This document shows, piece by piece, positions 49,082 to 64,000 of a stretch of DNA of 64,000 bases; position 1 is the first letter of the stretch; each line of letters starts with the position of its first letter. This stretch comes from the human T2T-CHM13v2.0 reference genome, Homo sapiens. The notes beneath the pieces were generated by a model. That model had not been told where the DNA came from. It saw nothing but the letters and a program-made list of their open reading frames with translations, and did not search any database. The stretch lies in the NCBI RefSeq assembly GCF_009914755.1, contig NC_060943.1, one strand, 5' to 3'. The position numbers were made by a program, and so were the translations under genes.

Positions 49082-50125
49082 CTTAAACATAAAAAAATAA
49101 CAAATCCCTTAGAAAAAAATAGAAAAAAGAGATGATATAGGTCTTGGCACCATTTTCTTAGAAATGACATTAAATGCATGAACAACAAAGAAAAAAATAG
49201 AAAAATGTAAGCACACTATATTCAAAATTTCTGCACACTCAAAAAAATATTCAGTAGAGTGAAAAATGCCCTCTAGTAAACAAGTGAAAATATTTGCAAA
49301 ACACATGTGATAGGAGTTAATATTCAGAATATATAAACAACTCTTAAAATTGAACAATAAAGCTAAATTGATTTAGAAATGAGCAAATAATTGAACAAAA
49401 TTTTCATCAGAAAAGATACACATATAGAAAAAAACATTTGAAATGACACAGAAAATTAATACTTTGTAGAGAAACACACAAAAATAACAATGAAAAAATT
49501 GCCTCACACCCATTACAATGGCCACTATAAAATTTTAAGCACACCAAATCTGTTGATGATGCAATAAAAATGAAACCTATGTTGATTGTTAGTAGAAAAC
49601 AAAGATACCGTCATTATTTTTAAATGTCATGTTTCTCAAATAATTAAAAATGGAATTATCAAATATAGCAATCCCATTTATGAATCTATAGTCAAAATAT
49701 GCCACACAAGACAAGAAGACCTATTTGAACATCGATTTATTCACAAAAGCCAAAAGGCTGAAGCAACTAAGATGTCTCTTGATTTATGAACACATCGAAA
49801 ATGTGACATATACATACAGTGAAATATTATTCTTAAGAAAGAAAATCTTGTCACATTTTAAGATAAGCTTTCCAAGTATTATGTCACCTATATAAGCCAG
49901 AAACAAAATGATGGATGCCGTATGATTCCACTTACATGAGATATCCTAAGTAGTCACACTTATAAAAACAGAAATTGGAAGGGTGTTTGTCAAGGGCTGG
50001 GAAAAGGGTACATGCGTTGTTGTTACTTAATGGGTACTGGGTTTTAGTTTCACAAGATGTAAAACTTTCAGAAGTCTTTTGCACAACAATGTGAATATAC
50101 TTAACATGCTTGAAATGTACAGATT

Positions 50126-50417
50126 GGTTTTGAGACAGGTTCTCACTCTGTCACCCAAGCTGAAGTGAAGTGGCACAATTAAGGCTCACTTCAGCCTCAA
50201 ATTTCAAGGCTCAAGTAATCCTCCCCTCTCAGTCTCCCAAGTAGCTGGAACCACAGGTGCACACGACCATACTTGGTTATTTTTTAAAAAAATTTTGTAA
50301 GAAGGAATCTTCACATGTTGCCCAGGCTGGTCTGAAAATTTTGGGTTCAAGTGATCTTCCTGTCTTTGCCTCCCAAATTTCTGAAATTACAGATGCGAGC
50401 CACCCACATGTCTGGTC
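50126..50417 (-). mobile_element. Old Alu (AluJ-like)
   Basis: Diverged reverse Alu. Confidence 0.85.
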
Positions 50418-51113
50418 CTGAAATGTACACTTGAACAGATTTAAGATGCTAAATTTTATGTTGTGTGTTTTTACAACAATTAATTTTCTAAAGGAAAAAC
50501 TGAAAATAATACTGAATTATAACTCTTTCCAAAAATTACCTTCAAATCCCAGAAGTGTTTCTCTTACACAAAGGAAATATATATTCAACATTAAACGCAC
50601 TGTGAAAATAGGAAATGGTGAAAATATTTCCATGACTACTCACTTAGACAAGATAAAACGACCATTGAAAATCAGCTAAGAAACAATATACACAAGATAA
50701 ACCATAACCAATATTGGGGTCATATTTATAGATAAACAAACACACATATATAATCTGATTGTGATAGACATATGGCTGATTTATCTCTTAATTAAACCTC
50801 ACATTGACTTAAAGTGCACAAGCAGAATTGCAAATTGACTACAATTGTAATACATAAAAACAACCCCAAAACACAATAAGCTGATGTTAAGAAACGTACA
50901 CGAAAAAAACCACTAATATAAAACTGCACAATAAGAGACAGGTTTACTGATAAAATTTGGTATGCAACATTAGTAAACCATTAAAAAAGAATTTGTCTAA
51001 CTACAGTATTTGACTGTAACTGTGACTCATCAAAGGTAGGTATTTTGAATCATTGGCAGTAAAATTTCAGGGAATATGCAGTATAATTATAAATAAAATA
51101 TCCTGATGAGAAA

Positions 51114-51408
<295 letters not shown>

Positions 51409-51449
51409 TCAAGAAACTTTTAATAAATAAGCATTTAAAAGAAACTAGT

Positions 51450-51765
51450 GACCGGGCACGGTGGCTCATGCCTGTAATCCCAGCACTTTGCAAGGCCAAG
51501 GCAGGTGGATCACCTGAGGTTAGCAGTTTGAGGCCAGCCAGGCCAACATGGTGAAACCCCATTTCTACTAAAAATACAAAAAAATTAGCTGGATGTGGTG
51601 GCGGGCACCTGTAATCCCAGATACTCGAGAGGTTGAGGCAGATGAATTGCTTGAACTTGGGAAGCGAAGATTTCAGTGAGTTGAGATCACACCATTGCAC
51701 TCCAGCCAGGGCAACAAGAGTGAAACTCTGTCTCAAAAAAAAAAAAAAAAAGAAAGAAAGAAAGA
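51450..51765 (+). mobile_element. Alu
   Basis: Alu consensus. Confidence 0.95.
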
Positions 51766-51777
51766 AGCAAGTGTTAA

Positions 51778-52085
51778 CTTTTCTTTTCTTTTTTTTTTTT
51801 TTGACATGGAGTTTTGCTCTTGTTGCTCAAGCTGAAGTGCAATGGAAATGATCTTGGCTCACCACAACCACCGCCTCCTGGGCTCAAGTGATTCTCCTGC
51901 CTCAGCCTCCCGAGTAGCTGGAATTACGGGCATGTGCCACCATACCCAGCTAATTTTGTATTTTTAGTAGAGATGGGATTTCTCCATTTTGGTCAGGATG
52001 GTCTCGAACTCCTGACCTCAGGTGATCTGCCCGCCTCAGCCTCCCAATGTGCTGGGATTACAGGCGTGAGACACCATGCCCAGCC
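51778..52085 (-). mobile_element. Alu
   Basis: Reverse Alu consensus. Confidence 0.95.
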
Positions 52086-53284
52086 ACGATAACTTTTATG
52101 TTTTAAATATAAGCTATTCATACACAAAATAAAACTGATGTAATCCAACTTTAGAAGCAAAGAATAGCCTTACATTGCTAAATTTTAAAAAATATATTTT
52201 GCAAAATATAATTAGAGCCTCTGATATATTAAACAAATATTTAGCAATAAATTATGTTATCATTTAGATATATGGACGAAAATAGGTGAAAATCTTATTT
52301 TTTTGCCTACAGCAAATTTAAATTTATAAGTAACGATTTTAGTAAATATGGAGTGTCTACCAATTATCTAAATTACTTTAGACAAAACATGTAAATTCTC
52401 ACATATTGTCCTAAATGTCTGAATCTAAAATTACAGATAAGTTTGAAATAGAAAATAGCAAGTAAAAATGTATAGGAAAAGAAACATCAGTAAGATGAAA
52501 AAATGAAAAGTGCTCTATTTGCTTATCCCTCCCACAGCAAGAACATTTCTCAGCCATTCTTTACATAAATTCCTTTATGAGAGAACCAGGCATCATGGCT
52601 CAAACCTGTAATGAAGATATATGGTACACTGAGGTTGGAGAATTGCTTCAGGCCAGGATTTCAAGACCAGCCTGGGTTATAAAGTGAGACCTCACCTCAA
52701 AAATAAGTGCCTTTGAGACAGCTTTGATATTTAGGGAGGCAGTTGTGAAATTCTGCTAAAGCCCAAGATTGAGGAGCATTCCTTTTCAGAGAGCAGGTCC
52801 TCATTCTGGTGGGAAATTATAGGACCTCTGGTCTTGGCTACAGACCAAGAAATGGCCCAACCAACTTGGTCACACTGAGAATTCTGAAGTTACTCTGTAA
52901 CCATCCCAAACTTCTCCCAGTTACAGTCTGGTAGAGACCCTGCCCTTCCAGAGACCTGGAGAAAGACAGCCATTTGTAGCCATGTAGGCAGGCCTACAGA
53001 CCTTGGTTTTTACTGTGGTCCCTGAAGCAGTTCAATGACTCTGTTCCAGCTCCATGGGTAGCAGTTCATGGCCAGTTCTGCCTACATAGAAACCTGCACA
53101 GTGACCTGAGGAAATCCTCTCTGGTACTCAGTGAAAGCCATACTCATTTGCATCCTGATATAAGGGCCACTATATATGGACCCGACTGCAGAAAGCTGCC
53201 CTAGAGTCTGCTCCACAGATAAAAGTCCTGAAGGATATTTAATCTGTTAAAAAACAAACAACAACAACAACAACAACAAAAAAA

Positions 53285-53562
53285 CAGCACTTTGGGAGGC
53301 CGAGGCAGGTGGATCACAAGGTCAAGAGATCAAGATCATCCTGGCCAATATGGTGAAACCCCATCTCTACTAAAAATACAAAAATTAGTTGGGCATGGTG
53401 GCACGCACCTGTAGTCGCAGCTACTTGGGAGGCTGAGGGAGGAGAATTGCTTGAACCCGGGAGGCAGAGGTTGCAGTGAGCCGAGCAACTCCAGCCTGCA
53501 CTCCAGCCTGGAGACAGAGCAAGACTCCCATCTCAAAAAAAAAAAAAAAAGAAAAAAGAAAA
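53285..53562 (+). mobile_element. Alu, 5'-clipped, preceded by (CAA)n
   Basis: Alu consensus starting at cagcactttgggagg. Confidence 0.9.
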
Positions 53563-54087
53563 CAAATGGGAATTACAACTACCCAAGCCCCTTGTAACAA
53601 GCCATCTAAATGTGGACCCTAGAGCAGACCCAGCAGCCTGGTGACCAAGTTACAACCCAACTCCACTACAAACCCAGAGGGCATCCCAGAACCCTGGGGA
53701 CCCAACAAAAGCAGATCTTTACCTCCTGAAATCAGTATATGAAAATATAAGGAGTTGTTTGCTTTTTCAAATTCATGGACACCAATATAAAAAACAATTG
53801 TGCCCATTATCAATGCTTCTATTTTAACACAGCACTGGAAGTATGTGGCAGAATAATGAATAAAAAACATTTTTAAAAGCCATTGAAATCAAAGACAAGT
53901 AAATAGTTGCTGTTTGAGGAATATATAATCTTATACATAAAAAACCATAGACAGTACATTGAAATTTGTCTAATAAATACACTCAGTAAATTAACAAAAT
54001 ATAAAATTAACATAAAAGTATAAGTTATTGTTCTATACACTTAAAACAAGCTATTGGATACAGTAGAAATAAAAAATATTTTACTAA

Positions 54088-54385
54088 TTTTTTTTTTTTT
54101 TTTGAGACAGAGTCTTGCTCTGTGGCCCAGGCTGGAGTGTAATAATGTGATCTCTGCTCACTGCAACCTCCACTTCTTGGGTTCAAGTGATTCTGCTTGT
54201 TCAGGCTCCTGAGTAGCTGGGATTACAGGTGCCCACTGCCACACCTGACTAATTTTTTATACTTTCAGTCGAGATGGGGTTTCATCATGTTGGACAGACA
54301 GGTCTCAAACTCTTGAACTCAAGTGATCCATCCGCCTCAGCCTCCCAAAGTGCTGGAATTACAGGCCTCAGACATGGTAGTGGCC
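54088..54385 (-). mobile_element. Alu
   Basis: Reverse Alu consensus. Confidence 0.95.
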
Positions 54386-55203
54386 AAGAAAACAATCTTT
54401 TTAAAAATATAATTAAAATACTAAATTTCTGAGAACAAATATAACCCAAGAGGTAAAAAATCTTAACAATGAAAGCTATAAATCAATGAAATTAGAGAAG
54501 ACACAAATAAATTTTAAAATATTTCATATTTATGGAAAGAATAAATATTGTTAAAGTATCATATTCTCTAATCTATAGATTCAGCACAATTCCCATCAAA
54601 ATTCCAGTGAAATTTTTTTTTACAGTAATGAAACTATAATTTTGAAATTTACAAGAAACTACAATAAACTTTGAATAGCCAAAGCAATCTTGAGGAAAAA
54701 GAACAAAGCAGAGGGACATCATACTTTATAATTTCAAACTGTATTTCAAGAATATAGTAATAAAAACAGGAGGGAATGTGCAGAAAATTAACATAAAAAC
54801 CAGCAGAACAGAGACCACTACTCTCACACATTTTAGACATGATGCAAAAAGATAACTAAAATAATAGTTTAACACAAAGTTCTCAAAATCATGCAGATAT
54901 TTGTGTGTCCCCCAAAACAATGGAAAAGCAGTCAGATTGTGCAGTCTCTTATGTGCCATGAAGAGGACTTTGGCTCTCACTGTGAACTTGAAGGAAGATC
55001 AACGAAGGGAAAGTAGAATCCTTAGAGAATTTAAAGGCATAAGACAGAAGATGACCCTATGTGAGAAAAACAAAACGAAACACACACACCTCCGGCTTCC
55101 CAGAAACTATTTGCTTTGGAACAGAGCTTCCCAAATCACACTGTAGAGACTGGCTTTTGTTTTTTTTTAATCTTCCAACCTTTCATCTATGTCAACTGTT
55201 TCA

Positions 55204-55356
<153 letters not shown>

Positions 55357-55755
55357 TTAATTACCAACCTAGTACCGTGCTTAGTAAAGAGGATGTAATA
55401 GAATATTCCAGAAAATTAATCCCAAACTACTACTTAATAACAGAAAGTTCTTAACATTTAGAAAATATTTTAAATTTGTAGCTCCTTAATTTCACTACCC
55501 AGTACTCATGAATCAAAAATAAGTGCTGGCAAATAGATTTTAACATATGGGCAACAATATTTTATACTACTAAATTTTTGAAATTACCACTACTCTGGAG
55601 TGAAGGATACAGACCAGCTTGGGAAAGTAAAACGTTCAGGCCAAGATAAAACATCTTGAAGAAATTTTTTTCTACAGAGATAATTTCTCAAGATTTTTTA
55701 AAAACAAAGATCAGAAATTCCTGTATGCAAAGCATAAATTACCAAAAATTATTCA

Positions 55756-56121
<366 letters not shown>

Positions 56122-59100
56122 CTAATGTATTCTCTAACTCTGTGAGAAGAGAATGGTATAAGATCCACAACACCAGGGCATAGATGATACTTTTATGAAT
56201 AATAAAGTATAAAACTAAAGGCATAAACACAAACATGTACATTTTTAGCACTATATTTGCATCATAAAGAATGAGTTGTGTATATTTTTCAGACAAAAAA
56301 GACATGCTGAGTTAGAAGGCACCTCTCAAGTTTTAATATGTATAATAAACTGAAGATCTTGTGCAGATTTTTTTTCCAGAAGATCTGGAATAAAATCTGA
56401 GTTTCTGAATTTCTAACAAGCTCACTAGTAATGCCAATGCGTTTGGCTGAAAAAGAATATTTTATCAAACATCTAGTAAGTGAAAGACCCTGTGTTTTAC
56501 CCAATTTTTCTGGCCTGGAAACAAAGACAAGAGTCTTCATTCTTCAAAGACAGGTATTTGTAAAGAAAACTAAGAAAGAAAGGCAGCTGCCATATTAAAT
56601 GTGATGGTTTATGCACAGCTCTTCTTTAGCTACACAAAGATACTTAATAATAAAGAGAAAAATAATTAACTCTATAGTGAAATAAATATTTCAGAGAGCT
56701 CTTTAAGTAAATTGTAAAATCAACTGCACTAGGATCAATTTTTATGATGTGCTGATGCACACAGAAGAACACATCACCACTGCTGAGATATTGCCCCTCA
56801 AAAAGTACAGTCTGAACTTAACCATACAGAAAAATCAGTTTTATGCAGAGTTCAAGATGCAGATATCTTCTATGTTCTGTAATTTTTAATAACAATTTAA
56901 AGTAGTCTTTCTTTAGCACCCTAGAGAGTGGGTATCTCTCAATAATTTTTTTTCAGAACTTTCTGGGTAATAAATGCTATCCTGTTTAAATAAGCATTTT
57001 CTTAGTCCTGTTCTGCATAGAGTTAATGGAGAAAACAGATGAAACCTCAACATTACATGTTCTCTATTTTTACTAAGGACCCCAGCTTTCCCCCAATAGG
57101 AATCTTGAATATCCATATTTTCCCATTTCAACAGCAACAAAGGGAACATTTTTAATAGTGCCGATTATGAATTCCTGGTAAGAATTCCACATGGCATATA
57201 AGAAGCCATGATTTAGAGAGTGTAGAGAAGACTCTGGGATATAGGAGAGAAATATTTTGCAGAGACCCTTGACTATCACAAGAATTTTTTTAAGTAGTTA
57301 AAACAAATTCATTGGGGGAAAAGAAACACAAGTAGAGAAGTGAAGGTTTGCAAGGACTTAAATGCATGGCACTCCAGGAGGCAGAGTGGACACAGCTCTT
57401 CATCTGACACATGTTTAGCTGAAAAAAAGCCATTTTTCCTCTTTTGTCTTCTTTGGAAATCCTTTCCAGATGACATTCTCTGGAGAAGTTACACCTGCAT
57501 CTTGAGAAAATTCCTTTAAAGTTGTCAGCACCACCTGTTTACCTGCTAGTCTCACACCCACAGAAAAAAGAACTAAGACCTGTAGAAAAAGCCCACCCAT
57601 TTCTGTCCTTTATAACAGCAGAGATTCAGGAACAATGAGCTGCTCCATGAATATAAAAATATGTTTCTTTATTTTTGTCTTCAGGTGCTCGCCCTTGCCA
57701 CAAACACCAGCAATTTCTGCTACAGTAATGGAAATATGGGTGACACTGACCTCTCCCTATCAAACCCAAACAGAACAGACTCTGTGACCACCTTTTAGTG
57801 TAAAGGAGAAACTTAACTCTTATGAATGTATCTTGAACCCCACACACTTGATTCTGTCCTCACCTTAGAGTCACATGAGACACAATTAAAACAATGTGAA
57901 TACTTTCACCTAGAACAATAAACAGAACCTGTGGAGAGAGCCTGTGGAGAGTAAAGAGATGTCTCCAAATTGGCCACATAATCCTCATGAGAATCCTGGG
58001 CTGATAATCACTTAACTAAGCCTTGCCTCTCAAGCCTTAATGAGCTCAAAAATCACTTGGTAATGTTGGCCCCACTCTATGTAACGTGATTCTGCAGGTT
58101 TGGAAAGGGTCCATGGATGGGTGTTTCAAAAAAATCCCCTGTCAATGCTGATATTGCTCCCCCTGGGCTCATTATTAGCATTAGTTAGAGAAAACAGGCA
58201 CAGCACAGTGTCCCTTACACTCAGCACTCTTGTCACAACACAAATATTTCTGGTACAAATAAAGACAAAATAACTTCATCTTAAAGTATCATATTCTTTG
58301 CTGGCTCCTTAAAGTTTACAGAGGACACAGAAGGCAACAATGTCTGAATAAGTCTGCATTTAAAAAACAACAGGTACACATGAACTAATGCAATGCTTAT
58401 TAAGTGGCACTATGTTCTCAAGAGTATGTAACAGAGCACTGTGCTGGGAATAACACACTATGTGATTAAATCCTAATAACACCTTGAGAGTTCATACTAA
58501 GTTTTCAATAATTCTCAGGATTTAGATAAAGGGCCCAGAATTATTATTTCTTCCTGTTTCTCAATCACCAATTTTAACCAATAAACTAAAAGCTAAATAT
58601 AGACAGATGAAGATATATAAAGAAATAAAGACATAAAAAGAGTTTAATGTAGTTTAGAGAATTTTTTTGTTTATATTTACTTGTTTATGACTTGCAGAGC
58701 AACTACTGGATCCGCAGGAATAGAAAACAAGTTGCTAAATGGAATGTTTCTGTAAGCACTGGTTTTACTACAAAATTTAGAAATTAAGATCTTAAAATGT
58801 ATACTTTACTTTTCTTATGTATCTGCTTTTGGATTTCAGGATATTGTGAGCAACCGCTCTAGAAAGTCAGCAGGATTTAACAGCCAAAACTTGAATCTTT
58901 ATAAATCAGTTTTGTAAGGAAATACTCCAGAGTTGGGACAGACCTACAAGGTCTCCAAAAAGGGTGAATCTGATCAGAACTGGGGCAGGGAGAGGAACCT
59001 ATGTAAAATTTGTTCTTTATGCCACTGGAGTATTTCCAGTTCTGTTTTTCCTAAGCTTACCTAAGAGAAACTTAAATCCCATAGTTTATGTAACTTTCAT

Positions 59101-60329
59101 CTATTTTTGCCACTGCCCTGTCAATTTTATAACATAAACTAATAAGGAATTTAAATGAATCTTTTAAAGTTTTCTAGGATAATTTTATTAGGAGTTAAAT
59201 ATGTATTCTTAGAAAAGTAAAACAAACCCAAATAACAACAACAACTCTTCAGTCCATAAATATCCCTTCAGATAATAACATCAGAAGTCACGCCAATATT
59301 AAAAAAAAGTGGCTCAAATTTTTGTGTTTTTTTTTTTTGCAAACATCTATTCACCGTACTAATAATATAATGCTTAATTCAACCATGTATTCAGTTGCTA
59401 GTCTAGACTAAAAGCTCCTAGATGGTAGGGACCATGACTGCTTCATCCATTTTTTGAATGACCATATGAAATAAAAGCAATTAGTTTATTTGTTTGAGTC
59501 ACAAGACCTCCTCTTTGTCTTTCACCCAAGTACCAGAAAACTTGAGAAACTCTCGTCTGGGTAACAACCAAAGTTATCTCTCGTATGAGGGAGAAAAAAA
59601 CACAGGATGATTCCTTTCTCTTACACCAAGACAGAAGCAGAAGAAGAGTGATTACACTCTTGTCAGCCTGACACAATTCTGCCCTGGACATCCTCAAATG
59701 TCTTTAAAACACCTAGGTGATTGTGAGAGGGTTCGCAGTGACCCAGGGCTGATGGCCCAGTGATAAGCCAGGCTGGAGAAACTCAGGCTGATTCTAAATA
59801 GAAAATGGAACTGCCATGGTGGAGCTCCAGAACCTGGATCACCTATCCTGATTTGTGAGCCCTTGGGTATGAAGAAGGACAAGAATACTGTACTCCAATA
59901 TCACAATTTACAGGTAAGTATCATTGTGGTCATGGCTCTGGATACTTTGTGGCCTTGATTTCTCACTCTTAAGATGCTTGTTTATACTCATGGATTCTGT
60001 CATCAGATTCTATTTACACCTGGAGCCTCTCACAAACTGTAGCAGGTCACTGAACAAGATTGAAAAGCTTAAAGAGCCACACTCTCAAAGGGGAGCTTTA
60101 AGATGTCTATGCTGACATCTAACAATGCAGAAAATGCCTTCTGTTGGTTTTCAGTACATTCTCAATCCAAAGTACAGCCCTGTCTTGTAAATCCCAGGCA
60201 GAGGCCAGACCTTATGTGCAGATTCTAGGTGGGATCAACGGGACTCTGCATCCTTGGGTGTTACAGCAAGCACAGTACAATCAAAGGGGAGATTCCTTCA
60301 TACAGGCTGCTCTAGCACATTCTAAGTAA

Positions 60330-60423
60330 CACGTCTACCTAAAAGGAAAAAACTGAGGCAACATAAATATAAGTAGAGAGTTAATCTAGGCCAAGCTTGA
60401 GGATTGTAACCTTGGAGCAAAGA
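60330..60423. mobile_element. Short MER4-group LTR fragment cut by an L1
   Basis: aaactgaggcaacataaatataagtagagag...ggccaagcttgagga resembles an ERV1 LTR end, recalled from memory. Confidence 0.4.
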
Positions 60424-63871
<3,448 letters not shown>

Positions 63872-64000
63872 TGATGTAATTCATGTCTAAATTGAATAAC
63901 TCTCTTTTTCTCACTTCTGTAGTATGCTTCCCCCTGCACAGATCTCCCCCTACTCACGAAATGCTTTTAAGGAATCAGACACCCATTGGTCTCTGTGATT
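63872..64000 (+). mobile_element. Partial, rearranged LTR of the same family as the 8184-17834 provirus, opposite orientation
   Basis: 63872-63966 matches the reverse complement of the LTR segment ~8318-8415. Confidence 0.8.

Overview
Hominoid (human or great-ape) genomic DNA, as shown by a full-length SVA and about 36 Alus. It comes from a ZNF91-subfamily KRAB zinc-finger cluster, most likely 19p12 (inferred, not verified). The backbone is a minus-strand KRAB-ZNF pseudogene resembling ZNF493/ZNF430. Its 127-bp KRAB-A exon (55818-55944) is intact and its KRAB-B exon (55219-55313) is 95 bp, one base short. Its degenerate C2H2 array (~31530-33449) has lost its 5' part and splice acceptor at an Alu with no target-site duplication (TSD). 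The introns hold old L1s, a 3'-truncated L1PA with nested MER9 and MER11 solo LTRs, an RPL36A processed pseudogene, and an internally deleted HML-6 (LTR3) provirus with a nested LTR10-like LTR; all are antisense to the gene. Downstream lie a full-length SVA (22614-24195), an ERV1 solo LTR, an unidentified gene-like segment split by an LTR22 solo LTR, and a structurally complete but defective 9.65-kb ERV3-like provirus (8184-17834). An old inverted duplication (~2730-4790 vs ~28170-29972) brackets this downstream region. No intact protein-coding gene is evident, and I found no clear new biological system. The best leads are the orphaned KRAB exons with same-strand SVA/ERV acceptors downstream, the unidentified LTR22-split segment, and the inverted duplication. 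Repeat subfamily names come from remembered consensus sequences and need Dfam/RepeatMasker confirmation.
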